NCBI RefSeq assembly: GCF_001194135.2
Contig: NC_068985.1
Coordinates: 2,270,320 to 2,334,319, forward strand
DNA from: Octopus bimaculoides
Lineage: Eukaryota
Reading direction: 5' to 3'
Length of the DNA: 64,000 bases
In this document: piece after piece, positions 37,632 through 49,701 of the stretch
Numbering within the stretch: the stretch's first letter is position 1
Layout: each line of letters begins with the position of its first letter
Position numbers and translations under genes: made by a program
The notes under the pieces: model-generated
The model's input: the letters and a program-made list of their open reading frames with translations, nothing else
Databases searched by the model: none
What the model was told of the DNA's origin: nothing

Positions 37632-38311
37632 ATGGAAAGATCCGAGGAGGAGGAGGAATCCTGGAAAGTTGCGAGGATCTCCTGGAAAGTTTCAGGAGTG
37701 GGTTACTTCCTGGAAAGTTCCGAGGATGATACTTCCTAGAAAGTTCCGAGGATTTCCTGAAAAGATCCGAGGATGATCTATTTTCTGGAAAGTTCCGAGG
37801 ATCGGTCTTCCTGGAAAGTTTCGGGGTGGGACTTCCTGGAAAGTTCCGAGGCATTCATGGAAAGTTCCGAGGCCTTTATGGAAGGTTCCGAGGCCTTTAT
37901 GGAAAGTTCCGCTGGTTTACTGGAAAGATTTGAGGATGGGCCACTTCCTGAAAGATCCGAGGATGGGACTTCCTGGAAAGTCCCGAAGCCTTCATGGAAA
38001 ATTCCGATTGATGGTTCTTCCTAGAAAGTTCCAATGATTTCCTGGAAAGATCCGAGGATAAGCTACTTCCTGGAAAGTTCCGAGGATGAGTATTTCCTGG
38101 AATGTTCCGATGATTAGTCTTCCTGGAAAGTTCCGTGGGTGGGACTTGCTTGAAATTTCCGATGATGGTACTTCCTGGAAAGTTCCGATGGTTTCGTGTA
38201 AAGATCCTAGGATGAGCCACTTCCTGGAAAGATCCGAGGATAGGATTCCTGGAAAGTTCCGAGGCCTTTCAGGGAAAATCTGATGATGGTTCTTCCTGGA
38301 AAGTTCCAAGG
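37632..38311 (+). repeat. Minisatellite of about 28 units, core (ACT)TCCTGGAAAGTTCCGAGG with variable short spacers
   Basis: Units of about 20-31 bp counted by eye; conserved core with variable linkers. Confidence 0.9.
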
Positions 38312-39013
38312 AAACATTGCCAGATCAGATTGGAGCCTGGTGCAGCCTTCTAGCTTATCAGACCTCAGTTAAACTGTCCAACCCATGCCAGCATGGAAAA
38401 CGGACATTAAACGATGAGGAGGATGATGATGATGGTGATGAGTACAAAACATTGTTGTTTGCTCTGGTTTCTTAGACAGTCTTCACCTTCTCAAGTTGCA
38501 GGAATGGCCAGATTCCAAATTATAAGGTCTTGAGTTTCACTCTATTGTCTGGTATCTTGGATATGTATCCGTAGCTTCAGGTCCACCAAACTTTTGTGAG
38601 TAAAATTGGAAACTAAAGCTCATTCTATGGACTTTACCTGCTTAGGTACAGCTTCACTTGCTCCTGCATCACACTGATTCCTCTTGAGAATCCTCTGAAT
38701 GGTACAAGTGTCTCTAGAAATGTCAGCCGTATACGTTATAATTTAACGAGTTAAGTTGTTCAGTTAATCAAACAACTGCAACATTCATCATCAATGCAGA
38801 GAGAAATATATTTATTTACCACCCGCAACCCCCCACCTCTACCGCCAGCCATATGAAAACAAATAAAATTCATTCGGCTGTCATCTGTCAGTAGTTACAC
38901 ATCATCAGAGAGAAACTTTATCCATTGTAATTCATTGTAAGGATTATTTCAAATATTTTCATCACCAGATTTATAAGAAACTAATTCCTAACTTACTCTA
39001 GTAAATCAGTCTT

Positions 39014-39065
<52 letters not shown>

Positions 39066-39086
39066 CAGTATGTGCTGAGAATGTAT

Positions 39087-39119
<33 letters not shown>

Positions 39120-39549
39120 TTTTTTTGTGGTGTGACAAGGCCATCAATGCAGTGTTGAACATTCATTCTCACTGCTCTGTATTTAACATACATAAATACA
39201 TACGTGTGTGTGTGTACACATTCAGTTCGTTTTTGTATGTGGTTCACAGGATACTTTATGTGAATTCGTGTGTTGAAACAATTTCGTTGTGTCTAGGGTG
39301 AGTCATTTTGCCAATATAATTAACACACACACTGGTTCAATTCCACTCCAAGCTTCAATCCAAGCTTCAATCTGATCTGGCAAAGTTTCTACAGCTGGAT
39401 GCTCTTTCTAATGCCAACCACTCTGAGAGTGTAGTGGGTGCTTTAACATGCCACCGGAAAGAGGGCCAGTCAGGCAGTACACATGGTGCATGTGTTTGTA
39501 TGTAAATCTATGTATATACAGTGGCTTGAATTAGAATACTGTGTTTAGT

Positions 39550-40033
39550 GAAAACTCACTGTATCATGATTCACCCATCCTGCCCTAAGTACATCACGGA
39601 TTTTTCTAGCTAATATATGTAAATTTATATTACAGACTCCTTAGTATATCACGGGTTTCTGCAGCCGATCGGTATTTATATGTTTTAGATTTTAATTATT
39701 TCTGTGATAAAATAAGCAATTTCATGCCTACAAATTAATAAATCAATTAACAGAAATACAGTACAGAACTTCACACATTAATTAAAACATATTAAAAGAA
39801 AATACGTAGCATACCATAGATGAGTAATCAAAGAATCGCACACACTGTATGGAAAACGAACCTCGGGAGGCGAGTGTGTGGTGTTGCTTTGCATTTATAA
39901 TAAAATAAATATATACAAATTAAGAAAATAATTTTAAAAACTATACAGTATGGTACTGTGTCTACTTTGCAGATTTTCACCAATCACGGTGGAATTTGGA
40001 AATGTAACACTCACAATAGTCGAGGGATTGCTG
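39550..40033 (-). mobile_element. Tc1/pogo-like MITE, longer copy of 659-890
   Basis: 39870-40033 is the reverse complement of about 657-810 and ends CGAGGGATTGCTG|TA. The left boundary is approximate. Confidence 0.6.
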
Positions 40034-40455
40034 TATATTAAATGATATTTATTTCTCATTTGATGGAATGCTTTTTTTTTTATTGATTCCACAATAATAG
40101 AATAGTAAATTATATAGACATATACACACCTATACACGTATATATGTATGTGTATGTATGCACACTATACATACATAAATATATATATATGTATGTGTAT
40201 GTATGCACACTATACATACATATACATACATATATACAAACATATACATACATACACATATATATATACTTATGTATATAAATGTATTTAAACTTTACAA
40301 AGCCTTACTGTGACTTAAGTAAGAATATAAACACATTGATCTTACATTAATGATCTATTGATTTATATCATTTGTAAGCTCTTTTGCCAACATGTTAATG
40401 TTTGTGTGTATATATATTCTGCAGAAATTGTAGTCGTGGCCAATGCTAAAAATGC

Positions 40456-40983
40456 CTGACTGGCACCCATGCTGGTGGCATGTCAAAAGCATCATTTGAG
40501 CATGGCCGATGCCAGTGCCGCCTGACTGGCACCCATGCTGGTGGCATGTCAAAAGCATCATTTGAGCATGGCCGATGCCAGTGCCGCCTGACTGGANNNN
40601 NNNNNNNNNNNNNNNNNNNNNNNNNNNNNNNNNNNNNNNNNNNNNNNNNNNNNNNNNNNNNNNNNNNNNNNNNNNNNNNNNNNNNNNNNNNNNNNNNNNN
40701 NNNNTGCCTGACTGGCACCCATGCTGGTGGCATGTCAAAAGCATCATTTGAGCATGGCCGATGCCAGTGCCGCCTGACTGGAACCCATGCCAGTGGTATG
40801 TAAAAGCACCCACTACACCCTCTGAGTGGTTGACATTAGGAAGGGCATCCAACTGTAGAAACTTTGCCAAATCAGATTGGTGCCTGGTGCAGCCTCCCGG
40901 CTTGCCAGTTCTCAGTCAAATTGTCAACCCATGCCAGCATGGAAAGTGGATCTTAAACAGCAATGATGTTGATGATGATGATG

Positions 40984-40985
<2 letters not shown>
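40456..40985 (+). mobile_element. RTE 3'-tail element with a perfect 66-bp tandem array
   Basis: Unit starts at 40456, 40522 and 40588, then a gap, then 40708 and 40774, followed by the conserved tail and (GAT)n. Confidence 0.85.
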
Positions 40986-41038
<53 letters not shown>

Positions 41039-41262
41039 CTGGTTTTCTTTTACTAGTCTCAGTCATTAAGTCATTAGACTGTGGCCATGCTGGGGCACCA
41101 CTTTAAAGAAATTTTTGCTGAATGAATCAATCTCAATAGTTTAAAGCTTGGTACTTATTCTATCAATCTTTCTTGCTGAACCACTAAGTTACAGAGATGT
41201 AAACACACCAGCACCAGAGTTGTGGTGGGACACAAACATAAACGCACACACACACACACATA

Positions 41263-41306
<44 letters not shown>

Positions 41307-42181
41307 GAATTTACAAAAAAACAAAAGACAAAGACGGGTGTGAGAAAGTCTTTTACGTTACGAGCCTATGCTCTTTGACAGAAAGGAATACAGAAATAAA
41401 CAAGGAGAGAAAATAGAAAACGGTATAGTGGCTAGAAATATATATATATATATATATTTGAATTCAAATTTTGACCCCAAAGCTTGATATTTCATGGGAG
41501 AGGGGTACGAGTCGATTACATCAACCCTAGCACTCAACAGGTACTTACTTTATCAGGCCCAAAAGAATAGAAAGTTAAGCCAACCCCCAGCAGTATTTGA
41601 ACTCAGAATGTAGTACCAGAAGAAAGGCTGTTAAGCACTTTGTCCAGTGCAAACTGGTTCTGCCAGCTTTGTTGCCTGATCTTATTTATATTGAAAATAC
41701 ACAAAGCAACGAGGATCAAAATAATGACGTGTACATTTATTTTTAACCTGTTCTTGTACACCAGAAAAGCATTTGGCAAATGATTTTATTTCAGGGAAAA
41801 TTCTGTTTCTATAGACTTTATGTGTAAAAACACATCAAGCTGAGTTCCAAGCAATGTCAGCAGACTACCAGACACAGTCTTTTGGCGTGATTTTTGCCTC
41901 TTTATTGGCAGATATCACCTCGGTCACTTGGAGCTTGGCCAAAACTTTGGTATCTCTTTGCAGGAAGCAGCAAATGATTCGTTTGTTGATTTCTGCTCAG
42001 GTTTGCCCAGCTGGTATTTTGTATAAGTACACCAAGCAACAAAGATCAAAATATGAGGTGAATATTTATTTTTAACTCATTCTTATACACTAAAACATAT
42101 ATGTACATTTATATATATATGAATATATGAAGATATATATATATATCGTTTAACGTCCGCTTTCCATGCTAGCATGGGTTG

Positions 42182-42223
<42 letters not shown>

Positions 42224-42268
42224 NNNNNNNNNNNNNNNNNNNNNNNNNNNNNNNNNNNNNNNNNNNNN

Positions 42269-42339
<71 letters not shown>

Positions 42340-42340
42340 T

Positions 42341-42395
<55 letters not shown>

Positions 42396-42835
42396 GATAG
42401 ATAGATAAATAAACACAGACATGCAGTCACACACACAAACACATACATAATCACACATATTTACTGGAATAACGGTAAATATCATGCCAAAACACTGTGT
42501 GTGTGTGTGTGTGTATGTACATGTGTGTGTATGTACATGTGTGTGCACGTGTGCGTACATGTGTGTGTACCTGTGTGTGTGGATGTTTATAGAGTAAAGA
42601 GGTATACTTGAAGACATGACACATGACCAAAGGTTTGCAGGATGTAGAAAGTTCCACACTCCACTCTTATCCCCAAGTTAGTTAGACAAAACTCATCCCA
42701 TTTTCACACAGACTTTTATTGCCTGGAATTCAGACCGTTCTTTAGTAATCATAAACACAGCAAATGTAATTGGCATTTTATGTTTTATAAACATACACAT
42801 GTTTCAGTAGACCAGTTACCAATATTAAACGATGC

Positions 42836-43780
42836 AATTTGGTTTTGTGCTAGGGAGAAGCACTACTGATGTTATATTCCTGATAAGACAATGACAAGAG
42901 AAGTATTTAGCCAAAAATAAACCTGTGTTTGGCTTTTGTCAAAATGGAGACAGCTTTTGACAGGATCTCCCATACCCTTATCTGGTGGTCAATGCAGAAA
43001 CTAGGGATAGATGTACAAGCCATGAACAGGGGTGTCACCAGTAAGGTGAAAGTTGGCAACAGTTATAGGAATGAATTTAGTGCACAGGTAGGAGATCATT
43101 AAGGATCAGTTCTCAGTCCCCTATTGTTCATCATAGTCGTGGATGTGCAATGTGAGTGTGCCTGTATGACAGAGTGTAGATGCTTTAAGAGAAAAATTGG
43201 GAATTGGCAGCATCGGATGAAGTGTGCGAGAGAGAAAACTGCATTGGTTTGGTCATGTGATGTGTATGGATTAGGACAGCAGCATAATGATGTGCTGATC
43301 TCTAAATGTGGAGGGAACATGAGGGAGAAGTAAACTCAGAAAGACATGGGACGGGGTGGTGGAATATGATCTTTGATTGTTGAGCCTCACAGAGGAGATG
43401 ACAAGGGACCAAGACTTCAAGTGATTTTTCTGTGATTGAGAAGGCATGTCAGGCTAAGTAAATTCTGGTTGTGGCCAGTGACGATGACCTGTAAAAGACA
43501 TTTGAGCTGGTGACAGTTAAAAGGCATCCATGATGGTGACACGCAGAAGGCACCCATGCTGTTGACACATAAAAGGCACCCATGCTAGTGGCACATAAAA
43601 GGCACCTGTGCCAGTGACATACAAAAGGCACCCAGTGCAATCTGCAAAATGGTTGGCAAAACAGACTGGAACTTGGACTGCTCTCCAGCTTACCAGTGCC
43701 AGTCAAATTGTCTAACCCATGCCAGCATGGATAACAGACGTTAAACGATGGTGATGATGATGATGATGATGATGATGATG
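42836..43780 (+). pseudogene. RTE-clade LINE, 5'-truncated and internally deleted, with 3' UTR
   Basis: QFGFVLGRSTTDVIFLIRQ, AFVKMETAFDR, GSVLSPLLFIIV, then LREKLGI...ERKLHWFGHV...RKTWDGVV. It runs directly into GGCACATAAAAGGCACC modules and the (GAT)n tail, linking the dispersed tail elements to RTE. Confidence 0.85.
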
Positions 43781-44461
43781 CACAATGCAATTGACTCACA
43801 TCCTCATCATTCATAGTAAAATCGTAGTGGTTTGTATGCCCTTATATACCGCAGTTATGCTAATTACAAGGAACATCATTTGTATGGCAAAATCAAGAGT
43901 GACAGAGCGTGAAGTAACAAAATGGTGTTAAGAGAGGAAAGACAGGTGGTCAGTGAGAAGAAAGGAGTAGTGACCACACACACACACACACACATACACA
44001 CACACACCTCCAGTCATATTCTGGTACACGTATACACGCTCACGCATTACCTACATATATACACAGTAGAAACGAGAGAGGAAGATGAAATAACTGCTAG
44101 ACGACATAGGCCCAATGATAACAACAACAATAACAACAGCCATATCGACAGTTAGTGGCATTTATTAGAAAGTGGGCCGTGGATAGTGTAGATCCCCAAA
44201 CAGGTTGAGCTTTGTTGGCCTCCATCATGCACTTTTGGTAATTTACCATTGAACATGTGAAAACAAATAAACATGTCCACATGTGTAGGACTTACATGGA
44301 GACCAAGCTTTAAGTGCACAGGGGTCTGTAGCAGTAACTTGTGATGACTTGGTCCCCATGGGACATGATGGACAGAATTGCTATGCTTATATAAAAGTGT
44401 TTGCCTGTGGACAGACGTCGGGGTAGCAGGGCATGTGTGTGAGCCTATGGCTGTTGTGAAG

Positions 44462-44775
44462 GCAGGTGGCTTGATGGTTAAGAGTATTCAGCTCATAATC
44501 ATAAGGTTGAGAGTTCAATTTCTGGTGACACATTGTGTCCTTGAGCAAGACTCTTTATTTCTTATTCCTGCAGTTCACTCAGCTGGCAAAAATGAGTTGT
44601 ACCTGTATTTCAAACAGCCAGCCTTGTCAAATTCTGTCACGCTGAATTTTCATGAGAATTACATTAAGGGTCATCATATCTGTGGGGTACTCAGCCACTT
44701 GCACATTAATTTCACTAGCAGGTTGTTCCATTGATCAGATCAACTGGAGCCCTCATCATTATAACCTATGAAGTG
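44462..44775 (+). mobile_element. tRNA-derived SINE family C
   Basis: tRNA-like head (TGGCTTGATGGTTAAG...GAGTTCAATT) followed by GTGTCCTTGAGCAAGAC and CACTCAGCTGGCAAAAATGAGT. Confidence 0.7.
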
Positions 44776-45420
44776 TCAATATGGTTGTGTGCATGTGTGG
44801 GTGCATCTAAGGGGACGCATGCACATATGCAGGTAGATGTGTGGGCATGGGCATCTGCAGGAGTATGTGGGATTGCTGGACAATGATTACAAAGCAGTTA
44901 ATGAACTTACCATCTTTGGAACTCAAACCAGTAAACAGTCATAGAGACCAACCAATCAAATCCGTTTCTGACATATACCAATGCAGTTGCTATTATTGCT
45001 GTTGTTATAATTGCTGAGCTTATGGTGCCTTGAGGTAATTACATTTTCGCCTCCCCTCTCTGTTGTGTTTATAAATGTGCTCTTGTAAATGTGTGTGAGT
45101 GTATATGTGTCTGCATCAATATGTATGAAGAGAGTGCATGACCAGCTCTACCCTTTTCTCATCGACTCTCTATATATCTTCTCTTAACACCATTCTACTA
45201 CTTTATATCTATCACCCTCAGTGCTGCAATATTAGCGATATTCAATGTTATTTGCATAGCAGGAATATATTGGAGCATGCATCCTACTAAGCCTTGTATT
45301 TTATGTTGAGAATACTGAGGAAGTGAGTTAAAAATATTACACAATCTGCATAATAATGACAATCGATTTTCTGAAACATGTGTATGTTTTATAACGTTTG
45401 AAATACAAATTAAGTTTCTC

Positions 45421-45480
<60 letters not shown>

Positions 45481-45503
45481 GCAGGCAGGCAGGCAAGCAG
45501 ACA

Positions 45504-45544
<41 letters not shown>

Positions 45545-45582
45545 ACAGACAGGCAGGCAGACAGACAGGCAGGTAGGCAGGC

Positions 45583-45616
<34 letters not shown>

Positions 45617-46365
45617 TATGTGAGTGTATATGCGTGAGTGTGCATATCTTTTTGTGTGTGTTTCTCTAAATGATGTATTACCATTAGTTAAAACAACAAT
45701 GGTAATTTAGGCAATCGACAAAATATAGATTGCTAGAATTTATACAAAACTGAAATAGATGTTATGACTGACTAAAAACCCTGAAGCCGATGCCCCAGGA
45801 TGCCTCGAGTCCAATAACTGGAAAGAGAGGAGAGAAAGAGGTGCGAGGAGAGAAAATATAGACACAGAGAAATGTAGGAATGTAAATATATGTATATACG
45901 AAAGTGAATAGAAAACAATTTTTATGCTGTATATGTGATTATGTGCGTAAAAAATAAACAAAAAATATGTATGTGTGTATATATGTGTAGATGTGTGTGT
46001 GTGAATATATGAATAAGCCATCAGTTTTTACATACAGATAAAAAGTGTAAACAGACAGGTTTCTATAGACATACACAGAAAAAAACTATAGCACACACAC
46101 ACACACACACACAGGTGCACATACACATACACATGCACTCACATACACACACATGTGCATGCACAATTACACCCAATTTTGGAGTTTCATCCTATATATT
46201 TCAATTTGTACCAAAAACAGAAAATTATATTATTCCATTATTTCTCAACCCAAGACGCAGTTCTCAAGCTAATGAGAAGGTTAGTGTGAAATACATACAC
46301 ACATACACACACAAACACAGAGAGAGAGAGAGAGAGAGAGATACATACATGCATACATACATATC

Positions 46366-46430
<65 letters not shown>

Positions 46431-46551
46431 CATATGTATATCATATATATATTGCATATATACATATATATGCATATAAATACAAATTCATATATATGTA
46501 TATATATATATTAATATATAATATATATATATATATATTTGTATATATATT

Positions 46552-46600
<49 letters not shown>

Positions 46601-46663
46601 TGTATATATATATATTTGTATACATATATATATATGTGTGTATATATATATATTTGTATATAA

Positions 46664-46750
<87 letters not shown>

Positions 46751-47266
46751 CATGTATGTATTTATTTGTATATATATATGTGTGTGTGAGTGTATGTATG
46801 TATGTATATTTACATAAATATATACTTACACAAAATGTGTGTGCGTGTGTGTGTGTGTGTGTGTGCGTAATATTCCAAGTTTAAGATGGGAATAACATTA
46901 TATATTTTCTTCAATCCACTGGGATTGTGTTTGACAAGAAGTCACCTCAAATCAAAAAGCAAATTTAAACCTAGCTTATCCTCTAATCTAAATAGAAATA
47001 TAAAAATAAGGAAAAAGAAAATAATTGAAAGAAATTTGAATAGAAATTCTATTCTCGAAGAGAATATTTTCGGTATCAATATCATAAAGTTGCACCAAAT
47101 ATGTTTATCCTCCTTTAGTTGGTGATATCGTGTGTCTAGTTTGATCAGCATAATCTATTTTAGCTGAGACTACCTTAGGATTTCCTGATGAAAAGCATAA
47201 TTCACTTCCAGTTTAATATTCTATCCATGCATCTACTTTGTAAATACATCAGAGCTATCTTCTGGC

Positions 47267-47322
<56 letters not shown>

Positions 47323-47807
47323 CATACAGTTCCAGTATTGTTGGGATCAANNNNNNNNNNCACACACACACACACACACACATGTACATATGCTATGTAA
47401 GGTATAAGTTAGAGGTGTTAAGCCCTCTAAGGGATAGAAGTATCCAGAGGGACTACTGGTAATTACCTCAGTAAGTATGGTCCTTGGTATAAGGTGTACG
47501 GCAGCAGGTAATTTAAGAAGGTAAACCGTAGTTTAATGTATATATAGATGATAAGAAAATAGAGGGAAATAGAAGTGTGTCTGCGGTGCTAAAAAGCCAT
47601 TATTTAATTAGTTAAGCAAGGTGAAGAAAAAAGTGAGTTTACAGCTGTTTCTGTGTACCATGCTTAGGTAAATATTTATTTCCCTCGTTGCAAATGGCAG
47701 ACGTCATCAGAATGAAGAAGGCAGTCAAAGCGTTCAACCCATGCCAGCATGGAAAGCGAATGTTAAACGACGATGATGATGATGATGATGATGATGATGA
47801 TATATAT

Positions 47808-48352
47808 ATCGAACTAAATTCAACGACTGGCATCCATGTCAACGTCGTCTCCTTCATTGGACACGAAACTCAGCTTGCGAAGACTTATTGGGGGATCGAA
47901 CTAAATTCGACGACTGGCACCCATGCCAAAGTCGTCTCCTTCATTGGACACGAAACTCAGCTTGTGAAGACTTATTGGGGCAAGCGAAAGTGAAATCAGG
48001 ATGGCACCTGTGCCCAGCGTCGCCTTTCTGGCACTTGCGCCCGTGACATGTGTAAGAATTTTCGAGCGAGATTGTCGCCAGTGCCTCTGGACTGGCTCTT
48101 GTGCGGGTGGCACATAAAATACACCATTTTGAGCATGGCCGTTGCCAGTACCGCCTGACTGGCCTTTGTGTGAGTGACACGTAAAGGCACCCACTACACT
48201 CTCTGAGTGGTTGGCGTTAGGAAGGGCATCCAGCTGTAGAAACTCTGCTAAATCAGATTGGAGCCTAGTGTAGCCATCTGGTTTCACCAGTCTTCAGTCA
48301 AATCGTCCAACCCATGCTAGCATGGAGAGCGGACGTTAAACGATGATGATGA
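47808..48352 (+). mobile_element. Composite CpG-rich element ending in an RTE tail, with an 87-bp tandem duplication
   Basis: ATCGAACTAAATTC...GACTTATTGGGG occurs at 47808 and 47895; the 3' part is an RTE tail with (GAT)n. Further tail copies: 16245-16440(-), 27250-27480(-), 38311-38440(+), 39370-39480(-), 47730-47800(+), 48388-48540(-), 49040-49235(+), 49665-49880(-), 51255-51485(+), 52167-52380(-), 52630-52742(+), 56403-56730(-). Confidence 0.7.
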
Positions 48353-49000
48353 TATATATATATACAAATATACATATATATATGTCATTGTCATCATCAT
48401 CGTTTAACATTCGCTTTCCATGCTGGCATGGGTTGAACGCTTTGACTGAGAACTGGTAAGCCAGGAGGCTGCACTAGGCTCCAATCTGATTTGATAAGGT
48501 TTCTACAGCTGGATGCCCTTCCTAACGCCAACCACTCCAAGAATTTTTTCTGGAAAATTTTCAAAGAAAAGCCAGCATTATTTTATTTTATTTGCTGCCG
48601 ACAAAAACTGCGCTTGTGTAGTGGATTTGAAAAATTAGAATGTATAAGCACAGGGCACATACTGGATTGCCTCGTACTTATATGTTTAATCTTGGCATAC
48701 CTGTTGATGAAGACTTCACCTAGCAAATTATTTTATTTGCTAAAAAAGTTCTGAAACCATGGTCCAGGAAATAGATGGTAAATGTTTTTATTTTTCATTC
48801 CCTTCAAAGTTTTATCCCTAGTAGTGGTTTGGAACTTAGCAGCTCTTTCTAGCGTGCAAGGAATCCTAAGATGGATACCTCTTATGTGTTTAAATGTACA
48901 CTTATTTATATGAATAATATAAAGTCTATTGACTAATTTTTTTAACACGCTAGGCCACTGGTAGTAGGAAATTTCTAAAAAATTCTTTATTACCTTGATA

Positions 49001-49043
<43 letters not shown>

Positions 49044-49332
49044 CCCCATGCCGGTAGCACATAAAAAGCACCCACTACACTCTCAGAGTAGTTGGTATTG
49101 GGAAGGGCATCCAGCTGTAGAAACTCTGCCAGACCAGATTGGAACCTGGTGCAGCCTTCTGGCTTTCCAGTCCTCAGTCAAACCGTCCAACCCATGCTAG
49201 CATGGAAAGCAAACGTTAAACGATGATGATGATGATATACTTGCATATGCATATACATTTATATATATCTGAACACATATACATGCATATAAAAGTGTGT
49301 AAGTGTGTTGCAACAAATAATAGACTTAAATG

Positions 49333-49409
49333 AGAAGAAGAAGAAGAAGAAGAAGAAGAAGAAGAAGAAGAAGAAGAAGAAGAAGAAGAAGAAGAAGAAG
49401 AAGAAGAAG

Positions 49410-49439
<30 letters not shown>
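49333..49439. repeat. (AAG)n microsatellite
   Basis: Perfect GAA run (potential triplex/H-DNA former); source of the poly-R pseudo-ORF. Confidence 0.95.
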
Positions 49440-49440
<1 letters not shown>

Positions 49441-49663
49441 GATTGTTCGTTTCTAATAGAGAGGAGTATAATGTATAATTATTTATTTTTGCTGAAAGTT
49501 AAACCCTTCACCAAATATCTATCATTTCACCTTAAAAATCAAGAAAGCAATATTGGCGGAAATTTCTAATGCATAGAATTTCAGAGATATGAAGAGAAAC
49601 CTCAAATGTATGCAGAGATAAGTTAGAATTTTTTGGAAGCTGCCATGCTTTATCATTGCCCTT

Positions 49664-49701
<38 letters not shown>

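Noticed and set aside
37632-38311. CRISPR-like repeat-spacer appearance
   Set aside because: Spacers are only about 0-12 nt and related to each other, the repeats are degenerate, there are no cas genes and the context is eukaryotic. The short ORFs over it are repeat translations.
39570-39670. 3' end (hairpin + CTAG) of the Helitron-like element
   Set aside because: The sequence is better explained as the decayed end of the pogo-like MITE homologous to 840-890.
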